Source: the human T2T-CHM13v2.0 reference genome, Homo sapiens. From it: 64,000 nt of DNA. The position numbers were made by a program, and so were the translations under genes. The DNA lies in assembly GCA_009914755.4 (NCBI GenBank), contig CP086569.2:20512001-20576000 (forward strand). The letters run 5' to 3'. Shown here one piece after another: positions 42,524 to 55,315 of this stretch (position 1 is its first letter; each line of letters opens with the position of its first letter). The notes under the pieces were generated by a model that did not search any database, was not told the origin of the DNA, and saw only the letters and a list, made by a program, of their open reading frames with translations.

Positions 42524-45150
42524 TTGAGACGGAGTCTCACTCTGTCACCCAGGCTGGAGTGCAGTGGCACAATCTCAGCTCACAGCACACTCTATCTCCC
42601 AGGTTCAGGCCATTCTCCTGCCTCAGCCTCCTGAGTAGCTGCGACTACAGGCCCCTGCCACCATGCTCGGCTAATTTTTTGTATTTTTAGTAGAGACAGC
42701 GTTTCACTGTGTTAGCCAGGATGGTCTTGATCTCCTGACCTCGTGATCTGCCTGCCTCGGCCTCCCAAATTGCTGGGATTACAGGTGTGAGCCACCGCGC
42801 CTGGCCCCAGTTTTATCCTTTTCTAAATGAAAAGATTGGTTAAAGATTTTATAACTTTCCACTGACTAGAGGCTGACAAATAAAGTTTGCCATTCTCTGA
42901 TTGTAACCATCCTAAGAATTGAAAAGTGTTTCCTCAAGAGGCGGCCCAATCTATCTCTGCTGGGGAATACTGAGGACTTATTTTCCCTATAGAGACCTCC
43001 CAAATTAGAAGGACTTCAAATGCACTTGAACTTTGGGGTTATCTTTTTAATGACTTAGCTGTTTGGTCTGCTAACCTATATCCTTCAACTATTCCATCCA
43101 TCCTCTTCTGGTGTCCTTAGCAATGTATTACTGCCACTTCCTATGGAAGTAAAACTAAGACAACAATCTATTTCCTGATGGTATTTAATGGGAGACCCAT
43201 TAGCAGTCAGGAAATGGCTTTCTTTCTAAATAACGGCATGATTATGAAGAACCAGGAAAGCGTATGTAGAATCAGTAGGTATGTTAATGGCCTTTCCTTT
43301 GCTTAGTTCAAGATCCCTTGTGAGGATGATTATTTCAGCTAATTGAGCATTTGTATCTGATGAGAGAGGTGTGCTTTTAATGATGTCATCCAGGGTGATA
43401 ACTGTATACCTTACCCTATGAGTTTCTTGTTCTACTAAGTAGTTCATTTGTAAAGAGAATCCAGTCTGCATTTTCTAGGGAAGTTTTCTTGAGGTCCTCT
43501 CTGGCTGCATAGGTTTGCACCACAATTTGTTCCAAATTATGTTTAGGTTTCCTCTTAGAGGAAAGTGGCTGGATTCAGGCAAGGACATGTCTTTTAGTAA
43601 ACAGCACATTCCTCCATCAGCAATGCTTGATATTTGTGGAGGTGATTAACAGTCCTGCTATATTATGGGGGGCATAAATAGTCATGTTATTCCCCTTGGT
43701 TAATTTAGTGGCTTCTGGCACCAGTAAAGCCACCACTACAACTGCTTGGAGGCAAGCTGGCCATCCTGTAGCCACCAAATAAAGCTCTTGCATAAGTAAT
43801 TGACTGACTGTTAGGCTGAATCTTGCACTTGAATTAAAACCTCCAGGGCTCTTCCCTTCCTTTCTGTGACATAAAGATTTAATGCCTTTCCTATGGGAAG
43901 ACTGGGGGCAGGTCTTTTAAGTAAGGCTTGCTTAGCTGATTAAAGACCTTCTGAGCCTCAGGTTCCCATGTGAATAAATGACTTTTAGCTTTTTATTTAT
44001 AAGTGATATAAATGATGAACTATTTCACTGTACCCAGGAATCCACAGTCTGCAAAAACTGTAATGAGCCAAGATTCTCTTAGCTGTTTGAGGGTTTTGAG
44101 AAGGGGAAAGAAGGAAATAGGCTTATTTTTCTCATCTCCTAATGTTCTGCTCCCTTCTGACAAGACTAGATGTATGTGCTTTACTGAAGTTTTACAAAGC
44201 TTTGTTTTAGATTTGGAAATTTTATATCATCTACCTGCTAGTAAGTTAAGAAGTGCCTCAGAGTGTTTTTGAGAAACTCCCTCAGTTGGGAACAGAGGAG
44301 AATATCATTTACATATTGTAAAACTTCTACCTGAGGATGAGAAAACTCATAGAAGTCATTTGATGATATTTGCCCAAGCAAGTGGGGGCTGTCTCAGAAT
44401 CCCTGAGGCAGTACTGCCCAAATCAACTGGATAGCATGGTTGGAGAGATCCTTGAAACCAAGTAAGTATTGAGAGTCAAAGTGCAATGGTATGCAAAAAA
44501 AGGCATTCCTTAGGTCCAAAAGTGAACTATTTATTTGCCTCGGGTATTTGAGTTAGCAAAGAATAAGAATTAGAAATGACCAGATGGATAGGAGCTACAG
44601 AGTCATTAATGAGATGAGGATCCTGAACTAGTCTCCTCCATTCCTTAACGGGTTTCTGTAACCCTAATATTGGACTGTTGAAAGGGCTGTTGCAAGATTT
44701 GTGAAGGTCCTGTGCTTTAAAATGATTAATAATGGCTTCTAGTTCTTTTCTAGCTTTGGCTTTGGGGGGTACTTCTTCTGGTTATGGAAGAATGTGGAAT
44801 CCTTAAGGTAAATCTGGGACAGCTGCAGACTGGCCAATTTTACCTTGACTTGCACCTCTGGGTTAATATTGGTTTCCATTAAGGGAAGACAAAGAGTCTG
44901 TCCTGGAGCCATAAGGATGATGGCTAGAATATCCCATATAGGCTAGCTGGAATACTAACTAAAATATGTCTACCTGGTAAAGGAGTGAGATTCCCAGGCA
45001 TAATTAAAAAAGCATGAGTGTGAGTAAACGGCAAGTTTCCCCAAGGAAACTAAACTAAAAGGTTAAGGACTTTCCCATCACCCATCATGGTCATGCTATT
45101 GGAGAGGAGAAAAGAGAAGCTGGTACCAGAGAAGTGGGGCATTGCTATAA
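41550..45150 (-). mobile_element. Class I (gamma-like) ERV internal region, pol (RT, RNase H, integrase), degenerate
   Basis: Minus-strand integrase core around 42050-42420 (kyllvxvdtft..ieafp ... GDHNLQGRWRKQMISLKSTSRSCLKKQ, compare MLV [27 protein letters not shown]). RNase H ORF 43226-43471(-) ...AQLAEIIILTRDLELSKGKAINIPTDSTYAFLVLHNHAVI. RT thumb/connection around 43600-43740 (QELYLVATGWPACLQAVVVVALLVPEATKLTKG). Confidence 0.7.
42487..42806 (-). mobile_element. Alu (AluS/Y-like, retains CpGs) with its tail expanded into (TTA)n, inserted in the ERV
   Basis: (tta)n at 42487-42523, then ttttgagacggagtctcactctgtcacccaggctggagtgcagtggcacaatctcagctcac ... gggattacaggtgtgagccaccgcgcctggcc. Confidence 0.9.
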
Positions 45151-46190
45151 AGGTGCTTGAAAATGTGAATGCAACGTGGAATCAGGGACCTGCCTAAAAA
45201 ACCAGCTTGGCCACATTTTCACAGAACAGCTGTGCTGTGCTGATAAATCACCTCCATAACAGATAAACTTGGAGTCTCCAAAGCACAAAAGCTGGAATGG
45301 CTAAGTTGCCCAAACAGCAAAGATGGCAGCCAGACCATCTCTCTGAGAGCTGGGTCTCAGGGAAGTTTCAAATGTGCATAAGCTGAAGAACACTGGCAGG
45401 GATGACTGGAGGCCTGAATTGAGAGTCCTGCCCATTGAGGAGAAATGGAAGTTGAGACCCACTTAAAGAAGAAGTCTGGCTATATTTTTGTAGAGCAGCC
45501 ATGCTGTGCTGCTCTACAAAATGGGTACCACTTCTGCTCCTGGCTGGCTTGGACTCTCTAATGCTTGATGGCTAATATGGCTAAGTCACCCCAACAACAA
45601 CGAGGCAGCCCACCCCTCCTTCTGGGAGCTCTGTCCCAGGAAGTCTTCAAATTTTTATCAACTGCAGGATACCAGTGGGGGTGACTGAATGATCCAGTTG
45701 GGAGATCTCAACCAACGAGAAGGAACAGGAATGGGGGCCAACATTCAAAAACAGTCTTGCAGTTTTTGTAGAGCAGTTTTGCTGTACTGGCAGATCTCTT
45801 CTGCCTCTGGTTGACTTGACTCTCCAAAGCCTGAAGGCTGGAATGGCTGAGTCACCCGAAAAGTAAAGATGGTGGCCTACCCCTCCCTCTGGGAGCTCCA
45901 TCCCAGGGAAGTTTCTAATCTCTGTCAGCTAGAGAACACTGGTGTGCATGGTTGGAGGCCCCATTTAGTAGGTCCCATCCAGTGAGGAGGAATAAGATTG
46001 GCTACCTACTTTAAAAAGCAGCCTTGCCATGTTTTCATAGAGCAGCCTTGCTGTACTAGGCAGTCCCTTCCACCATCAGTTGGCTTGAATTCTCCAAAAC
46101 CTGAAGGCTGGAAAGACCCAAGGAGTAAAGACAGTGGCCTGCTTCTCCTGATAGGAGCTCCATCTTATGTGGCTACTGATGGCAGTCTGG
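45100..46190. repeat. Tandem array, about 4 copies of a roughly 265-280-bp unit, unclassified
   Basis: Units begin at about 45202, 45472, 45752 and 46018. Shared cores are ttt(t)gtagagcagYYWtgctgtRctg, ctggaatggctRagtcaccc...aagatggYRgcc and ctgggagctcYrtcccagg. Copies are roughly 70-80% identical. Confidence 0.7.
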
Positions 46191-46899
46191 AATTCCAAGC
46201 CAGAGTGCATTTTCCTTTGAGGTGCCATGGAAGTAATGTCTGCAAACTCACTGCTCAGCCCCCTGGATTCAGCCTCTTTCCTAGGTGTATGTGTCAGTGT
46301 CTAACCTCCCACTGTGCCAGAGTTGCAGCTACTTTGGCTGGGAAGCCAAGAGGACCTGAGTATCTAAGGCTCCTGGGTCTCCACGTGTGCATGAGCAGCT
46401 GCTCTACCAAGACTCCATGTAGCTCTGAAGGACCCGGTAAAGTGGACTCAAGGGGGTCCCCTGGCCTGAGGTTGCAAAGAACTTTGAAACATGTGTGAGT
46501 TTATTTACTGCTACTCTGGGTTGATGAGGTACCTTTGGCCCTGTGTTGCTCCCAAGTGTGTCATCATCCTGTCTTGCTTTTCTTTGTTCTCCATGAATCA
46601 AGTTCTTTCCTTGATTAGTCCCACCGTGAGTACCTGAATGTTTCAGTTCAAGGTGCACAATAGCTGCTTCTAGTCAGCCCTCTTGACTGCCTCTTACTTG
46701 ACATTTTAAAAGGTGGTATTTGTATGAATATATTATTAATAATATTAATTATTCATTAATACAGATAATAATGTGTTAAAAAATTATTTGAGATTCTTCT
46801 AATTCTGACATCTTGGACTATGTTTTCAGTTATAATTGTGGTTCTTATTTAATTATAGTCCACAAAAATAACCAAAATTTTTGGACAATTTTATCTTTA

Positions 46900-48650
46900 A
46901 TAATGACCACTATTATAAAGTCTTTTTTCTTTACATTTTTAATTTTTGTGAGTACACAGTAGGAATATACACTTACCGGGTACATGACATATTTTGATAC
47001 AGACATGCAGTGCCTAATAATCACATCATGGCAAATGTGATATGCATCCTTTCAAAAATTTAGCCTTTGTGTTAAAAAACATCCAATTGTAGTTTTTAAT
47101 TTTTACATGTACAAAGTTATTATTGACTATAGTTATCCTACTGTGCTATCAAACACTAGATCTTATTCATTCTTTGTAGCTATTTTTTAATGGTACCCAT
47201 CAACCATCCCTACTTCCCCAATTTCTCCACTGCCTTCCCCAGTCTATGGTAACCATACTTTTATTATCACGATGAGTTCAATTGTTTTCATTTTTAGCTC
47301 CCACAAATAAGTGAGAGCATACAAAATTTGCCTTTCTTTGCCTGACTTATTTCACTTGACCGGCAGTTTCATTCATGTTGTTGTGAATGACAGGATCTCA
47401 TTCTTGTTATGGCTGAATAGGAATCCATTGTGTATATGTATCTCATTTTCTTCATCCATTCCTCTCCTGATAGACCTTTAGATTGCTTCCAAATCTTGAC
47501 GATTGTGAAGAGTACTGCAAGAAATGACAGTGCAGATATCTGTTCAATATTCTGATTGACATTCTTTGGAGTATATACCTGGCAGTGTGATTGTTGGATA
47601 GTATGGAAGCTCAATATTGAGTCTTTTTTTCTAGGAATCTCCAGACTCTTATCCATAGTGAATGTCTGAATGTACATAAACTTCAACAGCGTTGGCATGT
47701 TTCCTTTTCTTCACATCCTCTCTGCTATTTGTTATTGCCTATCTTTTGGATATAAGCAATTTTAACTGCAGCAAGATAATATCTCATTATACTTTTGATT
47801 TCCATTTGGCTGAAGATCAGTGATGTTGAGCACATTTACTTACACCTGTTTGTCATTTGTATGTCTTCCTTTGATGAATGTTTATTTAAATATGTGGCCA
47901 ATTTTTAAATGGAATTATTAAATATTTTCTACAGATTTGTTTGGGTTACTTACATGTTCTGGTTGTTAATCCCTTGTCACATAGGTAGCTTACAAGTATT
48001 TTCTTTCGTTCTGTGGGTTGTCTCTTCACTACACTGTTTCATTTGCTGCGCAGAAGCTTTTTAACTTGATGTAATGCTACTTGTCCATTTTTGTTTTGGT
48101 TGCCTATGCCTGTGGGGCATTACTCCGTAATTTTTTTAACCCCAGCAACTGTCCTGGAGATTCCTCCAATTTTTTTCTTGCAGTAGCTTCATAGTTTGAA
48201 GTCTTAGAGTCTTTAATCTATTTTGATTTAATTCTTGTATATGGTGAGAGAGGGTTTCATTCTTCTGCATATGAAAATCCAGTTTTCCCGGAAGTATTAA
48301 TTGAATAGACGGTCATTCCTCCAACGTATGGATTTGCATATGATGTATAGATTTGCTTCTAGTTTTAAAATTCTGTTCCACTAGTCTATGCATCTGTTTT
48401 CAAATCAGTACCACGCTGTTTGATTACTATAGCTAAGTAGTGTACTTTGAAGTCAGGTAATGTAATTCCTCCAATTTTGTTCTTTTTGCTCAGGGTAGCT
48501 TTGGCTATTCTGGGTCTTTGGTAGCTCCATACAAATTTTACAAATCTGTTTCTATTTCCATGGAGAATATCATTAGTGTTTTGGTAGGTATTGCAATTAA
48601 TCTGTAGATTTCCCTGGGTAGTACGAACACTTTGATAATTTTTTTTTTTC
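46900..48650 (-). mobile_element. Old L1 fragment: ORF2 C-terminus plus 3'UTR
   Basis: ORF 47369-47698(-) ...KKMRYIYTMDSYSAITRMRSCHSQQHE is an L1 ORF2 C-terminus. 3'UTR-like text at about 46930-47050. Confidence 0.7.
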
Positions 48651-51110
48651 AGTTCATGAACATGGAAGATTTTCCCATTTTTTTAGTGTCCTCCTCAATT
48701 TTTTAAACTTTTAGGTTCAGGAGTAAATGTGAAGGTTTATTATTTAGGTACTCTTATGTTTTGGGGGTTTGTTCTACAGATTATTTCATCGCCCAGGTAT
48801 TATGGCTACTATCCGTTAGTAGTTTTTCCTGCTCCTCTCCCTCCTCTCATATTCCACCATCTCGTAGGCCTCGGGGTCTCCTTTTTTCTGTATGTCCATG
48901 CATTCTCATTGGTTAGCTCCCACTTAAAAATGAAAACATGCAGTATTTTGTTTTCCGTTTCTCCATTAATTTGCTCAGGATAATGGCCTTCGGCTTCATT
49001 CATGTTCATACAAAGAACATAATCTCATTTCTTTTTTATGTCTGCATAGTATTCCATGACAAATATATACCACATTTTCTTTACACAGTCTACCCTTGAT
49101 GGGTATTTCAGTCATTCCATGTCTTTGCCGTTGTAAATAATGCTTCAGTGAACATATACATGCATTTATTTTTATAAAAGACTGATTTATACTCCTTAGG
49201 TTAGATACCCAGTAATGATCTTGCTGGGTTGAATGGTAGTTCTATCTTTAGGTCTTCAAGAAATTTCCACATTGTTTTTCACAATGGTTGAACAAATTTA
49301 CACTCCCACTAAAAGTACACAATCATTTTTTTTTCTCCAAAACCTCACTAGCACCAGTTATTGTTTGACATTTTAATAGCCGTTCTGACTAGTATGAGAT
49401 GTCATCTAATTGTAGCTTTGATTTGCATTTCTCTGATGATCAGTAAGATTGAGCTTCTTTTTATATGGCTTTTGGCTACATGCATATTCTATTTTGAAAT
49501 ATATCTGTTTCCCATGGGGTTGTTTGTCTTCGGCTTGTTAATGTGGGTAAGTTCCTTACAGATGTTGGATATTAGACTTTTGTGAGGTGCATAGTTTGCT
49601 AATATTTTCTTTTATTCTATAGGCTTTGTGTTGTTGATAGTTACTTTTACTATGCAGAAGTTCTTTATTTTAATAACATCTCTTTGGTCAATTTTTGGTT
49701 GCATTGCTATTGCTTTTGGTTTCCTCATCATAAAATCGTTTCCTATTTCTATGCCAGAATATTGTCTAGGTGATCATCCAGAGTTTCTACAGTTTTAGGT
49801 TTTCCATTCTAATCTTTAATCCATCTTGAGTTATTTTTTGTGCATGGAGTGAGAAAAGAGTGAAGTTTTAATCTTCTGCATATAGCTAGAGAGTTATCTC
49901 ATCACTTATTGATGAGGGAGTTCTTTTCCCTTTGCGTATCTTTGACAACTTTGTTTAAGATCTGATGGTTGTATATACGCAGCTTTGTTTGTATTATCTA
50001 AACTCTCCTGTTGGTCTATATGTCTGTTTTCATACCAGTATTATGCTGTTACTATAACCTTGTAGTATATTTTGTATATACACTGTAGTGTAGTATATTT
50101 TATAGCCAGGTAGTGTGATGCCTCTTGCTTTTGCTTTGTTTTTGCACAGGAACTTTCTGTTTGGGCTGTTTTTCAGTTGCATGTAAATTTTATAATAGTT
50201 TTTTTTCCCCCAATTCTATAAAGAATGTCATTTGTAGTTTAATACAAATAACATTCAATCTGTAATTGCTTTGGGCAGTTTGGCCATCTTAATAATATTG
50301 ATTCATCCTATTTGTGACCATAGCAAAATTTTCATTTTTTTATGTCACCAGTGAATTGTGTTTTGTATATCTTGGTACAGAGATCATTTATCTACCTGAT
50401 TTAGTTGTATCCCTAGGTGGTTTATTCTTTTTGTAATTACTGTGCAAGAGATTATATTTTTGATTTGGCTTTCTGCTTGAACATTGTTGATTTTTAAAAA
50501 TGATACTAATTTTGTACATTAATTTTCTCTTCTGAAACTTTGCTAAAATTGTTTTTCATGTCTAGGAGCTTTCTACCAGAGACTATAGGGTTTTCTAAGT
50601 GTAGACACATCATCCACAAAGAGAGATGGTTTGACTTTCTTTACCCTTATTTAAATGCTTCTATTTCTTTCTTTTGCCTGATTAATCTGGTTAGAACTTT
50701 CAGTATATGTTGAATAGGAGTCGTGTGTATAAACATCCTTTCTTCCCTACTCTTCCAGGTTTTGTTGTTGTTGTTGTTGTTGTTTATTTTTTTTTGGTTT
50801 TTGTGTTTTTTTTAACCATTTAGTATAACCCTGGCTGTGGGTTTGTCATAGATGGCTCTTATTATTGTGAGATGTTATTTTTCAATGCCTAGTTTATGGA
50901 GGTTTTAATAGAAAGAGATGCCAAATTTCTCTAAGAGCCTTTTCTGAATCTACCAAAATAATCTTCTTTAAAAAGTTTGGTTTATGTGGCTAATCACATT
51001 TACTAAATTGCAAGTTTTGAACCATCCTTGCACTACAAACATCAGTCTTTCTTGATCATGGCAGACTAACTTTCTCATGTGCTACCGGATTCAGTTTGCT
51101 AGTATTACAT
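48650..51110 (-). mobile_element. Old L1 (L1PB/L1MA-like) 3' end through ORF2
   Basis: Reverse complement of an L1PB-type 3' end at 48690-49400 (ttttaggttcaggagtaaatgtgaaggtttattatttaggtactcttatgttttgggggtttgttctacagattatttcatcgcccaggtattatggctac ... tattccatgacaaatatataccacattttctttacacagtctacccttgatgggtatttcag). A T-run (tail) sits at about 48650. ORF2 homology continues to about 51110 (ttgaataggagt...). Confidence 0.65.
50758..50800. repeat. (GTT)n / T-rich simple repeat
   Basis: tttgttgttgttgttgttgttgtttatttttttttggtttttgtgtttttttt. Confidence 0.7.
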
Positions 51111-52155
51111 TTGAACTTGAGGTGCCACTATACCACCATGTTTCCAGATAATAGGAACGCTTGCTGTGTTTCTTACCATTTCTACCATCTGATCATTTTG
51201 TTCGAACAGCTGAACATAGTGTCACCATGGCACACAGTGTGAGAAGTGCAATTCAAGCTAAACATCCCCTTAGGGGATGAATCAATAATGATTCCATAGG
51301 AATGGTTGTGCAGCACCTCTGCCTGTTCTGCATTGCAGTCTTCCGAAACAAGTACATTTATTATTTCTGGCCAGGTTCAATTCTGTTTACAAATAGATTT
51401 TTGAGGGTGGTATGCTTCAATTATAGAAGCAGATTTATTATGATAAATACTGACACCAGAAAGCCTGTGTAACTGTGTCATGGAGTGATTACATCCAGGC
51501 ATTATTGCCAGCCAAGGCTGATAAATATCCCCAATAAGTATAATTGTTCTCTGTGTCAGCCCTTGTTGAAGGAATACTCATGGCAGTGGTGATTACCGCT
51601 ATCATAGCTATCATTAAATTAATCATTGTGATTGGAAGGCTCAATGTCCCTCTTTCCTCAGGTTTTCTTCTGCCATCTGTGACAGCTTCTTGATCTGTCC
51701 CCACATAGGTGGCTGTGTTCAACGGGTGTTGCTTGTGACAGTTGGGGTCCTTCTCAGCCTCAGTCTTGACATGGCTGCAACCGTGGGGTCCTCAGGATCC
51801 TCCTGGAATCTCTTCCTTGGCGTCTGGCTCATGATAAGGTTTCAGGTGTCTTGGTGGTATCCAAATTGGCTGCTGGTTCTGGCCTGGAGAAACACAAGAA
51901 TAACCTCTAGCCTAAGTTATTATTTTATCTATTTCCCAACTATTTGTTATCAGATCTCTCCACTAAAGCAGTTGTTATGCTTCTGTCTTTGCAGCTGGTT
52001 TCTGTAGATGCTGTTCAGCTGCTGATAACATCTGGCCTTTATGCAGGCTCAAAAAATTTGGAGTTAATAAAGTTCAGTTATATATGTGATGTCCCTGTTT
52101 CCCCCTTTTTCTGTTTTTGTTAACTGCTGTTTCAGGGAGAGATTCATTCTTTCTA

Positions 52156-52650
52156 CTATGGTTTGTCCTTGAGAATCATATGGGAGGCCAGTAATGTGTT
52201 TAATATTCCATATAGAGAAAATGTAGCTAGAGCTTGGCTGGGATAGTCTGGGACATTATCTGTTTTAATAGAAGCTGGAATGTCCATCACTGCAAAACAC
52301 TGCAAAAGGTAATGTTTAACACAAGCAGAAGACTCTCCTGATTGGCAGGTAGCCCAGACAAAGTGAGAAAAAGTGTCCACACATACATGTACATAAACTA
52401 GTTTCCCAAATGAGGGAACATGTGTGACATCCATTTGCCAAAGAGCATTAGGTTTCAATCCTCGAGGATTAACTCCTTTTGTAAAAGATGAAGAATGTAC
52501 CATTTGGCAAGATGTGCATCGCTGAATAATCACTTTAGCTTCTTTCCAGGTAATGCTGTATCTGCGTTTGAGACCAGAGGCATTTACATGGGTTAAGTTG
52601 TGAAAGTGTCTAGCATTAGACATTGCAGTAGCAACTAGATGATCAGCCAT
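52156..52650 (-). pseudogene. HERV-K-like integrase ORF (164 aa, N-terminal zinc finger plus catalytic core)
   Basis: HFHNLTH...CTSC is the integrase HHCC zinc-binding motif. [47 protein letters not shown] compares with [52 protein letters not shown]. Confidence 0.85.
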
Positions 52651-52912
52651 TTGATTCCCTGCAAAGGTCCTGGAAGTAGTGTATGAGCCCTAATGTGATT
52701 GATGTAAAAAGGGTGTATTCTACTCCTAACTGCTGTTTGCAATTGAATAAATAAAGTCATCAGTTGTTCATCTACATGAAATCATAACTGAGCATTTTCA
52801 ATTAATTGTGTGGAATGAACCACACATAAAGAATCAGAAATCACATTAATAGGCATATCAAAGTAGTCAATACCTCAATTACAGCTACAAGCTTGGCTTT
52901 TTGAGCTGAAGT

Positions 52913-53368
52913 TTAGGGCATCTGGAAAACTCTACCTTTTGAGCCAGAATAAGAAGCTTTACCATTACTACACCCATCTGTGAAGACATTCTCAGCACCT
53001 TTAGTTGGTTTAAATTTAGTTATTTCAGAGAGAATCCAATTAGTTAATTTCAAAAATTGAAACAGTTTCATTTTAGGAAAATGATTATCAAGAATACTCA
53101 CAAAGTCAGCTAAATGGGTTTGCCAAGTAAGACTATTTATAAAAGCTTGCTCTATTTGTGCCTTCTTGAGAGAGACAATAATTTCTTTAGGATCATATCC
53201 ATGTAATTTAACAATCCAAGTTCTCCCATTTCCTGTCATAGTAGCACTTGGATCCAAATAAGGAGTTAGAGTTTGTGAATTAGTATGTGGAAGAAAAAGC
53301 CACTCTAAAAGATCTTTCTCTTGAACAATAACACCAGTAGGTGAATGATGAGTTGGAAAAATTAGCAA
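52913..53368 (-). pseudogene. HERV-K-like RT C-terminus / RNase H ORF (151 aa)
   Basis: ...EWLFLPHTNSQTLTPYLD...EQAFINSLTWQTHLADFVSILDNHFPKMKLFQFLKLTNWIL...VFTDGCSNGKASYSG compares with HERV-K ...EWLFLPHSTSKTLTPYLD...[40 protein letters not shown]...VFTDGSSNGKAAYTG. Confidence 0.8.
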
Positions 53369-54934
53369 ATCTAGAGTCTTCTCTGGATTTATTCTGTTTG
53401 TTTGAGCTTTATGGAATTGCTTTTGAATCAGCTATAATTCTGCCTCGGCCTCCTTTGTTAATTGTTATTACCCAATAAGCTGCTTTGCCTTGTTTATTTA
53501 TGCTTCCAAATCCTCCTGTTCATTTAATTTCACTTTTTTCCATTCCCACATATGGCAAAATCAGAAGTTGTGCTATATGCTCTTCTGGCTCTGCTTTCCA
53601 GGGAACAGAAGTAGGTATAACAATTTGAATTTCCCCATTATAATCTGAATCAATGACTTCTGTATGTACTTGCACTCCTTTTTAATTTAAATATATCTAC
53701 CTAGAAGTAATCCTACCATCCCCATTGGCAACATCTGACTGGAGACAGCAATATTCTTTAACAGTAACATAATAAAAGGAAAACCTGGTCCATATTGATT
53801 AATAGCTTGTTTAAATTCTTTGAGTAATTTAAAAGGGAAAGGTTCAAATGTAGCTATATTTCCCTGTTGATTTAGGGGGTGTATTCTAACAGGGAACTGC
53901 CATGCCTCTATATCACGCTCTCATCTAGCTTGCTGAATTCCTGCCTGAATAGAACTGAGAGTGGTCGCTTGAGGTGCTGCTTGAACAGTCACTGGGGAAA
54001 CTACTTTTCACCCAGTGTCCTCTGGAAAAGAATGATATGGAGGTTCAGGCCATGCTTTTTCTTCAAAATAAGGATGATGTGAAGAAGGGTAGGGATGGAC
54101 CTCTTCCTCCTTTGACACTTTAGCTGGCAAACAAATCTGCTGTTACCTCTTCTGTTACTTCATTTTACTTTTCTTCCTCCTCTTCATTAGTGTGAAAAGG
54201 TTCCAAGGGGGAACAAACCAGAGTACACAGTTGTCCCATTGTTACTCTGATGCTTCCGAGCTCCCCTTCTTACTCACCACAGGGACAGCTTAAGAGTAGT
54301 TGGGTGTCCTCCAGCTTAGTTCCACATTCTCAAATCATCACTCTGGTGACCCTTTGACCTGGGTTCAAGCCCCATGCATGGGCACCACTTGCCGAGAATA
54401 GCTTCATCATGGAGACCCTAACCCAGTGGCGCTAGAGGAATTAAAGATACACACATAGAGAGTGTGGAGTGGGATATCAAGGGACTTACAGCTTTCAGAG
54501 ATTGGAGCCCCAAACAGAGTTTTACCCACATATTTATTGACAGCAAGCCAGTGATAAGCATTGTTTCTACAGATTAACTAAAAGTATTCCTTACAGGAAA
54601 CAAAGGGATGGGCTCTGGCTAGTTATTTGCAGCAGCAATATATCCTTAAGGCACAGATCGCTCATGCCATTGTTTGTGGTTTAGGAGCACCTTTAAGTGG
54701 TTTTCCGCCCTTGGTGAGCCAGGTCTCCTTTGCCTTCATTCGGGTAAACACACAACTTTCAGCGTGGGTGTCATGGCCATCACAAGCATGTCACAGTGCT
54801 GCAGAGATTTTGTTTATGGCCAGTTTTGGGGCCAGTTTATGGCCAGATTTGGGGGCCTGTTCCCAACAGAAGTGAGGATGGCAAATTAGTATCAAAGATA
54901 TAGTTACTTTAGCTTCCAAATTCCACCCATCTAA

Positions 54935-55315
54935 TAAGGTTCTTATACTCTATTTGTCCGTTTTCATGCTGCTAATAAAGACACACCTGAGACTAGGCAA
55001 TTTACAAAAGAAAGAGGTTTAATGGACTTACAGTTCCTTGTGGCTGGAGAAGCCTCACAATCATGGCAGAAGGCAGGGAGCAAGTCACATCTTATGTGGA
55101 AGGCAGCAGGCAAAGACAGAGCTTGTGCAGGGAAATGCCTCCTTGTAGGACTATCACATCTTGTAAGATTCATTCACTCTCACAAAAACAGCATGAGAAA
55201 GACCTGCCTCCATGATTCCCACTTGGGCCCTCCCACAAAACATGGGAATTCAAGATGACATTTGAGTTGGGATACAGCCAAGCCACATGACACTCTTGTG
55301 CACCCTCCTTTATGG
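54935..55315 (-). mobile_element. MaLR LTR, THE1/MST-like (solo LTR)
   Basis: ctatttgtccgttttcatgctgctaataaagacacacctgagactaggcaatttacaaaagaaagaggtttaatggacttacagttcc...ggcagaaggcagggagcaagtcacatcttatgtggaaggcagcaggcaaagacagagcttgtgcaggg...catgattcccacttgggccctcccacaaaacatgggaattcaagatgacatttgagttgggatacagccaagccacat is the reverse complement of the THE1/MST consensus. Confidence 0.7.

Larger units (their letters stand above)
51110..54240 (-). mobile_element. HERV-K-like (betaretrovirus-like, class II) ERV internal fragment: part of RT, RNase H, integrase, possible env TM remnant; gag/pro and LTRs not seen
   Basis: ORF 52156-52650(-) and ORF 52913-53368(-) match HERV-K (HML) pol closely. ORF 51489-51722(-) has a hydrophobic ITMINLMIAMIAVITTAMS segment, possibly env TM (weak). 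Confidence 0.75.

Noticed and set aside
45998-46498. 166-aa ORF inside the tandem array
   Set aside because: It lies in repeated, non-coding-looking sequence, has no recognisable domain and an unremarkable composition. An open frame of this length occurs by chance in low-stop sequence.
51489-51722. 77-aa minus-strand ORF as the HERV-K env transmembrane subunit
   Set aside because: It has only a hydrophobic stretch and a loose EA..DG resemblance, and there is too little room between integrase and this ORF for an env SU. It is mentioned only as a tentative remnant.
54240-54935. Possible LTR between the HERV-K-like fragment and the THE1/MST LTR, for example cagtggcgctagagg resembling a Lys PBS
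   Set aside because: The orientation is wrong for the minus-strand HERV-K-like element, and I cannot match the stretch to any LTR family from memory. It is left unclassified.
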